A DNA stretch of 64,000 bases from a virus (taxonomy: Duplodnaviria; Caudoviricetes), in IMG/VR virus record IMGVR_UViG_2879905790_000001, positions 132,982 to 196,981 of that record. One strand, written 5' to 3'. This document shows, one piece after another, positions 42,101 through 51,977 of the stretch. Under the pieces are notes generated by a model that was not told where the DNA came from, did not search any database, and worked only from the letters and a program-made list of their open reading frames with translations. The translations under genes were made by a program, and so were the position numbers. Every line of letters begins with the position of its first letter. The stretch's first letter is position 1.

Positions 42101-42213
42101 TATTTTTCTTGCACTTTATAATCTCCATTTTCAAGATTTTCTTTATATATCCAACAAGCTTCAATATTAGGTATGTAAATACCATCTTTTAAGTCAATCT
42201 TATCATTTGTCAA
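39145..42213 (-). CDS. Single-subunit YonO-like / RdRP-like DNA-dependent RNA polymerase
   Basis: KRSSGKARQG, DG, LLRN, FRNPH and catalytic GADMDSD, IDKAK motifs. Lies upstream of the late operon, as yonO does in SPbeta. Confidence 0.85.
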   Translation of the reverse strand: MTNDKIDLKDGIYIPNIEACWIYKENLENGDYKVQEKYLDKLLNGKLDSSHELIQNEVLVNNINIKKINGKLYTLDVINIKYNNKYKEKNTELTTKDLRDWTYKNGFVFSGNKLTNWKRSSGKARQGENLFLLDNIKNECLLWARMGLEFEEKEDVASVRAYESLPLSSVIGTIEIDPNSILVIKDFESEFPWRMSKTYLKNKELITETETIKECNSIRDGEALLDVSIFNENELIKGKGMALLRNRLTKSCAFNTNIQQFIKDWCVENNKDYETYEVEDICHNKIKVKDIKLITTPSSIKLAKFNKKVLKKEGYKHLKQNAWLKYYKDNCGKIFSVCKYEKPSKFDNGKYNRLSYQMVNTIPLTKQDIKNLVKHEIKYVEKLKDNLDFFMQEVNQDIESTTEIEDIIIDDEELKIGRRIDVCDAFIQLVKINPLFQNTQVFKDYRRNFINSYIKDLRRGKIRVEGDYCTICSNPIEMLYAVFGQFKGDSITLTKNEIYCPRFKNDEKVVGFRNPHVVTGNIANLINKKNNTLSKYMNCTDNIVIINSIKYPILTILQGADMDSDTLLLTNNKIIVDACEKIDWSNTPIPVNCVENTGKNNCEMTGENMSDIDHIISQNYIGSVINLSQEINSLLNHLKYNNKATEEDLKKWYDKSSRLSSISCVEIDKAKKQFKDLNVPKELEKMKVGLPIVDKKKVEEINEEIKSIKNNLKKTEIQVKKYRKEKRKPINEEIRKLKKELNSENNNKTLNKINQLKSQIEDINLEKEEDVKLIKNQISLKYKELRLYDTRRVKPYFFKYIGDTKAQKKKRKINKKHKNELDKNTIAEYAKTKNIKINEVNKNDKNLIKLLKENNKIQKEWEEKIYDYNIDTPMNWLQKELDGIKNSKKNGTIQVIQLIKRNTNDYDDKAVKQVIKLLKNTYIKIKGYRTNGNLNITEKRNKIRYVKNDCIKKIRKIKIKKSEMYHILSECLTSIRKVKNKKTNKTYYKVNKKSDLESLTLEILFETYGKGLLNMFQTDKIK

Positions 42214-42341
42214 TTAGTCTTCCTCCTTTGTATTTAATACATTATCTAAAGTCATTCAACCCCTCCTAAATTTAAATAAAATACTTGTTTTAATATATCT
42301 ATTAAATTGTTTTATATTATATTTGAATTGTGAACATAATT

Positions 42342-42644
42342 CTATCCATAATAAATTAATATAGGTCTATAACCTAACCTTTTTAATCTCTTAATTTCAA
42401 TAGCGAAATCTTCAACTTTCATGTAATTATCATGGTTTATATCTTTTCCGTATATAGGGAAGTTATAGCCACTTTCTTTTATCTCCTGTAGTGTGTATTT
42501 CTCACATTCATTAAAATTACTTCTGTATCCTCCAAAACTTCTTCTTTTAGCATTATCTTCTGTTTTATTCCCCCAGAATAATAATGAGCCACTTATACCT
42601 TTATGTCTATTACATACAACTACATAATTTCTTTCCATCATCAT
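42342..42644 (-). CDS. Hypothetical protein
   Basis: ORF with RBS. Confidence 0.65.
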   Translation of the reverse strand: MMMERNYVVVCNRHKGISGSLLFWGNKTEDNAKRRSFGGYRSNFNECEKYTLQEIKESGYNFPIYGKDINHDNYMKVEDFAIEIKRLKRLGYRPILIYYG

Positions 42645-42683
42645 TCCCCCTTTATCAAATATTTGTATTGTGTAGTAAAATTA

Positions 42684-42911
42684 CTATATTGTCGGATTTG
42701 TTATAGCCATCCAAAACTTGGGTTGTCTACGACTATATTTAAAAACTTCTTCATTTACATCAAAATAATAAAACCCCTCTTTTTCAAAAATAGTATCACC
42801 ATCAGAATATTTGAAATAATTTTGAAGACTATAAGTTTCATTTTTTATGTCCAAGCACACCAAATATTCTTTTTCATGTATCAATTTATTTTTAATATTA
42901 TCCCAATTCAT
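42684..42911 (-). CDS. Small hypothetical protein (DUF551-like pattern)
   Basis: MNW...EYLV...FWM.I..P. Confidence 0.55.
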   Translation of the reverse strand: MNWDNIKNKLIHEKEYLVCLDIKNETYSLQNYFKYSDGDTIFEKEGFYYFDVNEEVFKYSRRQPKFWMAITNPTI

Positions 42912-42955
42912 TATTTTCTCTCCTTCATAATAAATTCAAATTATGTACATAATAA

Positions 42956-43186
42956 TTAATCTAGTATATTCTCCCATTCTTTTATTTCATTATTCCAATA
43001 TTCTTCTTCGCTTTCAAAATCTACTATATCAATTTCAGAATCATATTCATTATCATATAACTTTCTTTGTTCTTCGATCTTATGTAATTTTTTTTCATAT
43101 TCTTCCCAAGCTTGTTTATTACCCTTGTAATCATAAATATTCTTATATTCAGCTACAACTTCTTTTATATCATCACACATACACAT
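42956..43186 (-). CDS. Small acidic hypothetical protein
   Basis: Coupled to the upstream ORF. Confidence 0.6.
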   Translation of the reverse strand: MCMCDDIKEVVAEYKNIYDYKGNKQAWEEYEKKLHKIEEQRKLYDNEYDSEIDIVDFESEEEYWNNEIKEWENILD

Positions 43187-43539
43187 TATCTTGCTGCCCC
43201 TCCTTCTTCAATTAAATCTATAACTATTTGAATTTCATCTATTGTATCTGAGTATGTCCACAATACATCATCTAAACACTTATCACCTACAAATACACGC
43301 CACAGAGAGCCACCTAAATCGTCTTTATATTCCAATAGACCTTTACTATTAAATATTTCTTTTCTGCCATCTAACAATCTTATATGTACATTTTCAAATA
43401 AATTTTTGTTAATTATATCTGTTATGTAATGATTTTTTAAATCTTCTTTCTTAGATTCTAATAATCTGTAATTACATAGTTTAGAATCTCCTTTAAACTC
43501 CCCTATTACTTGTCCTTTAACTTTTAGTAATCTTTTCAT
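43186..43539 (-). CDS. Hypothetical protein
   Basis: ORF with RBS. Confidence 0.65.
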   Translation of the reverse strand: MKRLLKVKGQVIGEFKGDSKLCNYRLLESKKEDLKNHYITDIINKNLFENVHIRLLDGRKEIFNSKGLLEYKDDLGGSLWRVFVGDKCLDDVLWTYSDTIDEIQIVIDLIEEGGAAR

Positions 43540-43756
43540 ATAATTTATCCCCTTTCAATTCCAATATATTTTATTAAATTATTTTATATTATTGTATTTG
43601 CTTAAATATTTCTCTATTTCTTCTGAACTTACTTTATAAGAAATACATTTACCTGAATGTTTAAGAATCTCCTTTTCTAATTTGATACTTTTAGATATAT
43701 TTTGTTTTATATAATTAAAACCACCTATTGTTAACATTGTTTTCCTCTTTTCTTAT

Positions 43757-43785
43757 ATTATAACATATAATTTATATTTTGTCAA
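43757..43785 (-). promoter_or_regulatory. Consensus sigma-A promoter overlapped by the 14-bp motif
   Basis: TTGACA-17-TATAAT. ATATAAAACAATTT at 43797-43784 overlaps the -35. Confidence 0.8.
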
Positions 43786-43796
43786 ATTGTTTTATA

Positions 43797-45596
43797 TTAC
43801 TGTTTGTATTGTTCAATAAAAGTATTCCCTTCTCCTATTTCACTTAAATATAAATTATCAGTTGGTCTTGTGATTCCAACATAGAATAACCTAACTTCCT
43901 CCATTAAATCTGATTTTGTATGTGGAAATTTTCCATCCTCTATAGAAATTATAAATACATGTTTCCACTCTAATCCTTTGGAGCTATGTAAAGTCATTAA
44001 TTGTACACAATCCTTATCTTTAGTCTTTTTTCTTTTATCTGTTGTATTGTATACAAAGTTTAAAAAACTCTCTATAGTGTTATTATTTTTTATAAAGGAC
44101 ATTAATGTTTCTAATGATTGTTTTCTATCATCAATTTCTTCTTGACTCTTATATTTATCTTCTATGTATTCCTCTATTCTAAAAGTTAATATTATATTTT
44201 TAATTAATTTATACAAATCTAATCCCTTATCTACTTGTAATCGTAAATTTTCTATTTTATTTCTAAAAGTTAATATGTTTTTCTCTTGCCATGCTTTCTT
44301 AAATTTAAACAATTCAAAAGCTTCGTAAAAACTCAAGTTTTTTTCTCCTGCAAACTGTTTTATTTCATCATACACATTATTACTTATATAAGACAAAGGA
44401 TAGTTCCTAAATTTAAATATATTATCAAATGCATTATTATCATGTGGGTTATGAATTAATCGCAAATATGATAAAACAGCATCTATTTCTTTTCTTTTGA
44501 AAAACGAACTATTGTTTAATATGTAATATGGTATATCTTTTTCTTTTAATACTCCTTCTAAATAATCAGCCTGTGAATTTAATCTATACAATACGGCTAT
44601 ATCTTTAGGTTTTTCACCTTGTTTAATTAAATTCTCTATCATACCTCCTATTTTTACACTTTCTTCTGCTTTACTAATATTATCTATATGTTTTATTACA
44701 CCATTTTCTTCCCTAATTGGAATTGAATCTGAATAATATTTATAATTACCATAGTATTGTTTTATGAAGTTATTAGAGTTTTTAACGATATTTTTACATG
44801 AACGATAGTTATAATCTAAATTAATAATCGTTGGATTTTCCCATTGATTTTCAAAATCCATAAATAATTCTGGAACTGCTCCATTAAATCCGTAAATACT
44901 TTGTCTATAATCACCTACTACCATTACATTACCATCTTTAGACCATTCATGAGTAAGCATATCTTGTATTGAACAGTTATCTTGTTTCTCATCTACAACT
45001 ATATAATCCCAATGATAAATATGATTTTTATTACTTTTCAATATATCTAAAGTTATCTGCAACCAATCACCATAGTCATATTGACCATATTTTTCTTTTG
45101 TTTTTTCGTATTTTTGCCAATATGCACGATATTCTTCTTCTGTATATACCATATCAAACTTTTCATCTACTTCAAATTCATCGTTATATGTAATATTAAA
45201 GCATTTTTGATACAATATGAATTGTAATATATTATCAACATCTACTTTATCATTGTATCCGTCCTTAAATGCCATTTCTAACTGCCACTTCATGGGCTTT
45301 TTACTTAGATCATATCCTTCTTGTGCCAAAATCCTAGCACAAATTGAATGAAATGTACCAACATTCACACCTTCTATGCCTTGTTTTTTCAATCTTTTCT
45401 TTAAGTTTTCACTTGCATTATGAGTAAAAGTAATAGCTAATATGCTATTTGGTGAAATATTTTTCTCTTTAACTAATCTTTTTATCCTTTCAGTTAATAT
45501 AAATGTTTTTCCTGAACCAGCACTAGCATTTACAGCACAAGCCCCATCATTAAAATCTATAGCTGTTTGTTGTTGTTTATTAGGTTTTGTTTTCAT
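43797..45596 (-). CDS. UvrD/PcrA-family SF1A helicase
   Basis: ASAGSGKT, AITFT, TFHS, VDE.QD, VGDYRQSIYGF, NYRS, TLHSSKGLEW, YVGITR. Confidence 0.95.
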   Translation of the reverse strand: MKTKPNKQQQTAIDFNDGACAVNASAGSGKTFILTERIKRLVKEKNISPNSILAITFTHNASENLKKRLKKQGIEGVNVGTFHSICARILAQEGYDLSKKPMKWQLEMAFKDGYNDKVDVDNILQFILYQKCFNITYNDEFEVDEKFDMVYTEEEYRAYWQKYEKTKEKYGQYDYGDWLQITLDILKSNKNHIYHWDYIVVDEKQDNCSIQDMLTHEWSKDGNVMVVGDYRQSIYGFNGAVPELFMDFENQWENPTIINLDYNYRSCKNIVKNSNNFIKQYYGNYKYYSDSIPIREENGVIKHIDNISKAEESVKIGGMIENLIKQGEKPKDIAVLYRLNSQADYLEGVLKEKDIPYYILNNSSFFKRKEIDAVLSYLRLIHNPHDNNAFDNIFKFRNYPLSYISNNVYDEIKQFAGEKNLSFYEAFELFKFKKAWQEKNILTFRNKIENLRLQVDKGLDLYKLIKNIILTFRIEEYIEDKYKSQEEIDDRKQSLETLMSFIKNNNTIESFLNFVYNTTDKRKKTKDKDCVQLMTLHSSKGLEWKHVFIISIEDGKFPHTKSDLMEEVRLFYVGITRPTDNLYLSEIGEGNTFIEQYKQ

Positions 45597-45745
45597 TAAG
45601 TCTTTCCTCCTTATATATCATTATTTACTACTGAGAGCCATTCTAAGGCAATATTATTATGTTTGTATAGAATTACACCTTTTGAATTATACCTACCTTA
45701 GAAACTCTCTAGTTAACTTTACCATATGTATTTTATTAAATTGTT

Positions 45746-46387
45746 TTAAATTCTATTCTCATTACCTTCTACTTCCTCTAACAATTCTTCTAATAGTTCA
45801 AATTTTCTATATTCTCTTTCTGTTGGTTTTTTATTAGTTGTTTGTAGTTTGTCCATTTTTAATTGCAAATCCTTTGTCTTATTTCTCATTAATCTATGCA
45901 TAAATTCTTTATTTAATATTTTATATGCTAATCTTTTCGCTATATCTACATCCTTTACTTCTATCCATGCAAAAGAACTAACTCCTAATGATTTACAAAG
46001 TTCATATTTACAAATTCTTGTTAAGTCACCATGAAATAATTCATCTCTTGTACTATTCTTTTCTAATTCTTTGTAAATGATTTCATGTAAATGATTCTCT
46101 AATTCTCTTTTTTCTTTCCCATGTGTAAATAAAGTTTTAGTTATTTGATTGGTTTCCTTTTGGATGCTTTTTAAATTATCTTCTAATTGTTGATTTTTTT
46201 CTTTGATTTTATTATTATCATCTTTTAATAAATCAAAAGCATTTTTTAGTTTTTTAAAACGATCTTCTAATCCAGATGTTTTCTTTTCAATCTTCTTTAA
46301 TCTTGTCTCTTTTATTTTTTCTTGAATTTGTGCTAATTCTTCATTTGACATACTTTCATAATCTAAATTTATTATTCTGTTCTCCAT
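45746..46387 (-). CDS. Coiled-coil protein with ORF6C-like C-terminal segment
   Basis: LGVSSFAWI...D...A pattern. Coupled to the ParB-like gene. Confidence 0.6.
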   Translation of the reverse strand: MENRIINLDYESMSNEELAQIQEKIKETRLKKIEKKTSGLEDRFKKLKNAFDLLKDDNNKIKEKNQQLEDNLKSIQKETNQITKTLFTHGKEKRELENHLHEIIYKELEKNSTRDELFHGDLTRICKYELCKSLGVSSFAWIEVKDVDIAKRLAYKILNKEFMHRLMRNKTKDLQLKMDKLQTTNKKPTEREYRKFELLEELLEEVEGNENRI

Positions 46388-46390
46388 ATA

Positions 46391-47620
46391 TTATAAAACC
46401 TCCACATAATCATTTTTATTTGGTAAATATGTATTCATTTCATCACACCATTGTCTAACAACTTGAACAATGTTACTAAGATTATTTATTACAATATCAT
46501 CATCTTTAGCCTCTAATAATGCCCTTGAATATTTAACAGGTGCTAATTTTTCTTTTATTAAATGGTCTATATCAACTACTAATCCTGATATGCTTGTTAT
46601 AGATTCAATTTGTCTACTTAAATCATCTTTTTTATTAGTTAAAAACTCAATTTCATTTTTCATTTTTTCATATTCTAGTGAATCTTTTTCATATAGCTCT
46701 GCTTTTTCAGTCATTAAATTTAATCTATTCTCTATTCTATTTTTTTCAGTTTTACTAGATTCAAGTTCCTTTTTTAATTTTTCTATTTGTGTGTAATCAG
46801 TTTTATCTACTTCAACGACTTTAGGTTCTTTATTTTTTTCTTTATTATATTTCTCACTTAATTCATTAAATGATTTTTCTAATTGTTCTTTTTCACAAAT
46901 TATTTTATTTAGTTCGCTTTGAGTTTGTTTTTGTGTCATTTCTTTAACTTTATCTATTCCTATTTCATTAAAAAACTCTTCTTGTTCTTCTTTTGATAAT
47001 CTAGCCCATATTTTATATGCGGTTGTCGATTTTAAAGCACCTGTTTCAACTAAAGATTGTAATTCTGGTATAAGTTCATTAAGTTTTTTATAGTTTTGTA
47101 ATTGTCTTTGGTCTATTCCCATTTGTTTTGCTAAATCTTCTTGAGTTTTATTTGGAGCTACGAAATTATTTCCAAGCTCCTCTCTTTTTACGAATTGATT
47201 TCCAGTAAAATTACTACCCCCATTTTTAATTCCATAAATTCTTTCTAGCTCTCTAATACATTTAGCCATTTTCATAGGATTTACATTGCCTACGCCTCTT
47301 TGCATTATGTTTGTACATATTAAATCTTCTAGTATCATATCTTCTCTTGAAATATGTAATCTTTCATTGTAATCAGGATAATGTACTATTCTACAAGGCA
47401 CTTTATCTATTCCTAATTCAATTCCTGCTCTTTGGCGTTGATGACCACTAACAATTATTAATTCATGTGTTATGGGATCTTCTGTTACAACTATTCCTTC
47501 AACTATCCCTCTCCTGTTAATAGATTCTACAAAATCCTTCCATCTTTCTCCTTCCATATCATCAAAAAATTCTTTATTTCTTGGATGTGGTTTTAATTTT
47601 AATGTTTCCATCATTTGCAT
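46391..47620 (-). CDS. ParB/Srx N-terminal domain protein with HTH
   Basis: HPRN..F, IVSGHQR, TQEDLAKQMGI. Confidence 0.85.
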   Translation of the reverse strand: MQMMETLKLKPHPRNKEFFDDMEGERWKDFVESINRRGIVEGIVVTEDPITHELIIVSGHQRQRAGIELGIDKVPCRIVHYPDYNERLHISREDMILEDLICTNIMQRGVGNVNPMKMAKCIRELERIYGIKNGGSNFTGNQFVKREELGNNFVAPNKTQEDLAKQMGIDQRQLQNYKKLNELIPELQSLVETGALKSTTAYKIWARLSKEEQEEFFNEIGIDKVKEMTQKQTQSELNKIICEKEQLEKSFNELSEKYNKEKNKEPKVVEVDKTDYTQIEKLKKELESSKTEKNRIENRLNLMTEKAELYEKDSLEYEKMKNEIEFLTNKKDDLSRQIESITSISGLVVDIDHLIKEKLAPVKYSRALLEAKDDDIVINNLSNIVQVVRQWCDEMNTYLPNKNDYVEVL

Positions 47621-47891
47621 ACTTTATCATTTCCTTTCTTTATTAAATTATTTTATATTATGCTTATATGTCCTTGAGAGTGGCTCTATTACATTTAAAT
47701 TTAATTAAGATGTAATTATACATTTGAAGATTGAACCTCTTAAAATCACTCTCAATAAGTTTAAATTATATTTATTGTTTGCTATGTATCTATATTATCA
47801 AATTGTTTTATATTAGTCAAGTCTTATTATGAAAAATTTTCTATTTTATAATAAAATTATACTTTTATATATTTAAATTGTTTTAAATTTA

Positions 47892-48737
47892 CTATAAGCT
47901 ATCATATATTTCTTTTACTTGCATTACTCCATTATCATCACCAACTTTCTCTAAGTAATTGATTTTCTGTTTTAAACTTCTTTTTTTATTGCTTTTTTTC
48001 TTTTCTAAAGTTGTTTGCCCTTTTAAGTTGTTATCTTCTTTAAATCTTTTTGCATATTCCTTTAAACAATCTCTATCTTCATATCTACAGTAATAATTAA
48101 CATCCTGCTTTACTTTACCCCTCACAATTCTATATCCTCCATTTATATAATCTATCAATTGTAATTGTTTTAAAATATTATTATAAGACATTATTGCTTT
48201 GATCCCTATTCCGACATCATATTCAATTTTATCAAACGAAGGATAACAAATCTTATTTTCCTTATTCATTCTCATAACTAAATAACAAAAATAGCCTGCT
48301 AATTTGAATTTATCTATGTTCTTTTTACCTTTGCAATAATCTAATAATTTTTTTATTTCATCATCATATACTATAAAAAAATTATCATCAAATACATAAT
48401 TAACTTCTACAAAATATTTATCTCCCCTCTTTATTTTACTTATATCTTTTATTTGTTTGTTAAAATAAACATCTTCATAATAAGTAAAAACATTCATTTG
48501 ATTTAGTTCTAATAAACAATTTTTTATTTTTTCTATTGTAACGGTTTGCTTATGATTGATACACATGCAATCTAATAAATGATAAATAGAAAAAGTGCAA
48601 TAATTTCTTAATGTCATAGTTTGAATAATTAATATGTATATAAGCAAAGCTTCATTTGATAAAAGACAATTTTCTTTTAAATCTTTATTTTCTATTAACA
48701 TATTATTAGATACTTGTACAAAAAAATCTTTATTCAT
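47892..48737 (-). CDS. Putative replication initiator with winged HTH
   Basis: CYPSFDKI..DVGI...I..Y...L....LI pattern. Iteron-like repeats upstream. Confidence 0.6.
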   Translation of the reverse strand: MNKDFFVQVSNNMLIENKDLKENCLLSNEALLIYILIIQTMTLRNYCTFSIYHLLDCMCINHKQTVTIEKIKNCLLELNQMNVFTYYEDVYFNKQIKDISKIKRGDKYFVEVNYVFDDNFFIVYDDEIKKLLDYCKGKKNIDKFKLAGYFCYLVMRMNKENKICYPSFDKIEYDVGIGIKAIMSYNNILKQLQLIDYINGGYRIVRGKVKQDVNYYCRYEDRDCLKEYAKRFKEDNNLKGQTTLEKKKSNKKRSLKQKINYLEKVGDDNGVMQVKEIYDSL

Positions 48738-48779
48738 ATATTATCTATACCTTCCTCCTTTTTCACTCTAATCTTTGTT

Positions 48780-48918
48780 GTTCCACACAGATTAACAGAA
48801 CCTACTTTCACTTCATTTTGTTAATCCACCAGAGTTAACGAGTTAGAGTCTGCGTTAATCCCTGTGGATTGCGAAAGAGAGTGAAACAATATATACTAAT
48901 ATAACAATATATACTAAT
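48780..48918. repeat. Iteron-like repeats, candidate origin or operator
   Basis: GTTAATC/GATTAAC/GTTAAC units at ~48790, 48820, 48834, 48854. Direct repeat AACAATATATACTAAT x2 (48885-48918). Confidence 0.5.
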
Positions 48919-49225
48919 AGGTTAATAAGATAGACTTATAAGAAACAAAACCTTCGTACCTCAGTTTATGTTTCTTATACTTTTGCAATTCTTCTCTTTT
49001 GTTTTATTTTTCGTTTGCTTTATTTCAATATTACCAAATTGTTTTATATTAGTCAACTATTATTTTTTTTATTTTAAAATTATTTTACATATATTCTTAA
49101 AACTCATTCTAAGCTATTTTAAAGCATATTATCTTTTACTAGTCTTATTATACCTATTTCTTTTTATTTTCTCTCATATTCCCTCTAGTATAGTTCTAAA
49201 TTTATAATTTAAGTTATAAGGAAGA

Positions 49226-49960
49226 TTATCCGAATAACCTTCCCCAAAATGATTTTTTCTTTTCTGCTTCTAGTTCTTCTTGTTGCTTCTTTCTTTCTTC
49301 CATGTTATTTTTTAGCATATCAAGCATTTCTGTATCCTTTTTAGTAGCTTGTCTCTCTTTTTCATCTACATAACATTTAAATTCAGATACAGATTTGTCT
49401 AGCTTCTCAGATACTATCTCATCTACTGTTAATGCTATAGTTTCATGAAGTTTATCATTCATTTCTTGTTGAATTAGAATCCCACTCTTTTGTTTTTCAT
49501 CAATTTTATTTAATAATTCATCTGAAAAAGAATTTAATTTCTTATCTATTTCTACTGATAAAGCTGACATTATAGTTTGAATAGCTAATGGATTACTAGA
49601 ATCTACTACACTCTGTTCTATTTCATTTATATCAAAACCTTTTGTACTACAATATTCTGAAACCTGTTTCAATGTCAACCCATCTTCTTTAGTTAATTTT
49701 TTTATAAATTTTAATTTTTCTATGTCTATTTTTCTATATCGCTTGTTCTCTACGTCTAATAAATCTCTAAACACCCTACTCCAATATGTTATTGTTGACT
49801 TTGGAACACCTACCATTTCTGCAACCTGAGAAGTTGTATGAAACAAAGGTTCACCTCTAATAACTTTTGTTTTTGAATCTTTATTTTCTATTTCATCATC
49901 TATATCAAAGAATTCAGCGTCAATTACTTTATCTTTATTAAAGCTTTTCATATTAATCAC
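49226..49960 (-). CDS. tubY: TubY (MerR-like HTH, coiled coil, amphipathic tail)
   Basis: TTSQVAEMVGV..STI.YW HTH. C-terminal KKSFWGRLFG. Adjacent to tubRZ. Confidence 0.8.
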   Translation of the reverse strand: MINMKSFNKDKVIDAEFFDIDDEIENKDSKTKVIRGEPLFHTTSQVAEMVGVPKSTITYWSRVFRDLLDVENKRYRKIDIEKLKFIKKLTKEDGLTLKQVSEYCSTKGFDINEIEQSVVDSSNPLAIQTIMSALSVEIDKKLNSFSDELLNKIDEKQKSGILIQQEMNDKLHETIALTVDEIVSEKLDKSVSEFKCYVDEKERQATKKDTEMLDMLKNNMEERKKQQEELEAEKKKSFWGRLFG

Positions 49961-49965
49961 TCCTT

Positions 49966-50059
49966 AAAGCAAAGTTTAGTTAAAGTATAACATATATAAA
50001 TTAAAAGATATAGGTTTCTTTAAATTTATACAATCATAACTTTAACTAAACTTTGCTTT
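49966..50059. repeat. Perfect 21-bp inverted repeat at the tubY promoter
   Basis: AAAGCAAAGTTTAGTTAAAGT (49966-49986) / ACTTTAACTAAACTTTGCTTT (50039-50059). Confidence 0.85.
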
Positions 50060-50334
50060 TTCTTTTAATAACTTTTAATTTACTTTACTTATATTTTTAA
50101 TAACTTCTACTTTGCTTTACTTCAAATTTATAGATTTATACTATTTCTTGCTATTTTTGATGAAAAAGAAATAGTATAAATTATTTCACCTAGAATTTAA
50201 TACTATATAAATGCTATTTAATTACATTTATTATGCCAATATTTTTCTAATTCACTTCTAATTTAACTATAATAAATGTTAATTATTCTTATATTTTAAT
50301 TCTATTTTAAGTATTTTTTAATACCATTTATATT

Positions 50335-50490
50335 CTATATAAGTTCTAAGTTACTACCATTTTTATACTAGATAAATGATAAATGCTATTTTATAACACT
50401 ATTGCATTTAACACTATAATATAGTATTATATTGGTAAGGTTAAATAAGTTCTAAGTTATTTCCAAATAAGTTATAATTTAAGTATAAAA
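50335..50490. promoter_or_regulatory. Candidate tubC centromere iterons
   Basis: ATAAGTTCTAAGTTA at ~50339 and ~50445, plus AATAAGTTATAATTTA, upstream of tubR. Confidence 0.55.
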
Positions 50491-50566
50491 GCTTTCTACA
50501 TTAATCAGTTTTAGTTAAAACTTTGTTCTATTTTATTACTTAATTGATTAGAGGTGAGTTATAAAT

Positions 50567-50854
50567 ATGAATTCTGTCATATTTACAGAAAATGATTATA
50601 GGATATTAAAAGCTATAATTGATAGAAATGACAATAAAAAAGGTTTATGTAAAGGCAATGGGACTACGATTAAAGAAATTGTAGAAAAAACTCGTTTATC
50701 AGATAAAAAAGTTAGACAAACATTAAAAAGATTTGAATCATTAGAATTTGTAAGTAAAGGATTAAAAATTGTAAAAGCAGATACTTTTTTACTTACAGAA
50801 AAAGGTTTTGAGGAATTAAATAGTTTAAGAGAAAATATTTTTGGGGAGGTATAA
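50567..50854 (+). CDS. tubR: TubR centromere-binding wHTH protein
   Basis: TIKEIVEKTRLSDKKVRQTLKRF HTH. Directly upstream of tubZ. Confidence 0.8.
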   Translation: MNSVIFTENDYRILKAIIDRNDNKKGLCKGNGTTIKEIVEKTRLSDKKVRQTLKRFESLEFVSKGLKIVKADTFLLTEKGFEELNSLRENIFGEV

Positions 50855-50857
50855 TAC

Positions 50858-51925
50858 ATGGAAAAGGAGAAAAATCTAATTATAGGCTGTGGAGGAGCAG
50901 GGAATAGACTTGCAAATACTTTAATGAATTTAGATAGGCGTTATACTACTATATTTTTAAATTCTAATATGAGTGAAATGGAAAATTTAGAACACTTCGA
51001 TAGCGAAAGACGTTGTTTCTATATTCCTAACGCTGATGGTTGTGGTAAAGACATGGATAAAATGGAAGCGTTTTGTAAAGAAGAAGCTCCAAAATTTATG
51101 GTTATGATAAAAAAATTTACAACTCATAAGTATGTTACATTCTTAACTGGTGCAAATGGTGGGACAGGTGCAATGGCAACAATTATGTATTCAAAATTAA
51201 TAAAAAAAGCTTGTCCAGAAAAATCTATAAACATAATAGCAACTTTTCCATCTTTAACAGAAACAAGTATTGATTTTGAGAATGCTACAAAATTTTGGAA
51301 TGAAATGATTAATCTGAAGGAAAAAGGTTATATTGATTCTATAAGATATATTGATAACAATAAAGGTAGTGAAGAAGAAATTAATATAAGAGCTATGAAA
51401 GAATTAAATGAAAGTTATGATATACCAAATGGTAAGATAGATACAACTGACTCAGCTAAAGTACATTGTACAAGAGGATATAAAGTATTCTTGAAATTAG
51501 ATAACAATTCAAAAGATTTGGAAAGTGCTATAGATAAATCCATTAAAGAAAGTGTATTTTATATGCCAGATAATTTTGAATGTGATAAAATTATTGGTGA
51601 TATAAATATACAAGATTTTGACTTCCAATCAATAGAAGAAGAATTTGAATATTATGATTTTCATAAGTTTAATACAAATACAACTAATGATACAAAAATA
51701 CTTTTAGGTGGTTGTGAATTACCTAGAGAACCTATTGAATTAGTTCGTGAAGCATTAAAAGAGACTAAAAAAAGAAAAAGAAGAAGAACTGTTCAAGAGG
51801 ATTTAATTATAAGAACAGAAAATAACGAAAATAAGAAAGAAGATATAAGAACAAAGGAAAAAACTAGATTGTCAGCAGACGATCTTAATGATATGTTTGC
51901 TGATGATAGTTTTTGGGATGATTAA
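50858..51925 (+). CDS. tubZ: Tubulin/FtsZ-like partition GTPase TubZ
   Basis: IGCGGAGNR, GCGKD, GGTG signature, IDNN, IDTTD T7 loop. Confidence 0.92.
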   Translation: MEKEKNLIIGCGGAGNRLANTLMNLDRRYTTIFLNSNMSEMENLEHFDSERRCFYIPNADGCGKDMDKMEAFCKEEAPKFMVMIKKFTTHKYVTFLTGANGGTGAMATIMYSKLIKKACPEKSINIIATFPSLTETSIDFENATKFWNEMINLKEKGYIDSIRYIDNNKGSEEEINIRAMKELNESYDIPNGKIDTTDSAKVHCTRGYKVFLKLDNNSKDLESAIDKSIKESVFYMPDNFECDKIIGDINIQDFDFQSIEEEFEYYDFHKFNTNTTNDTKILLGGCELPREPIELVREALKETKKRKRRRTVQEDLIIRTENNENKKEDIRTKEKTRLSADDLNDMFADDSFWDD

Positions 51926-51977
51926 ATAGATAACTAAATTAATAATATATATTAGGTAGGATAGTTAAATATAAATC

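Noticed and set aside
2894-49207. Many short plus-strand ORFs overlapping minus-strand genes (e.g. 2894-3241, 28960-29430, 41606-42121)
   Set aside because: Shadow ORFs of AT-rich coding strands, rich in F/L/S/I, with no RBS.
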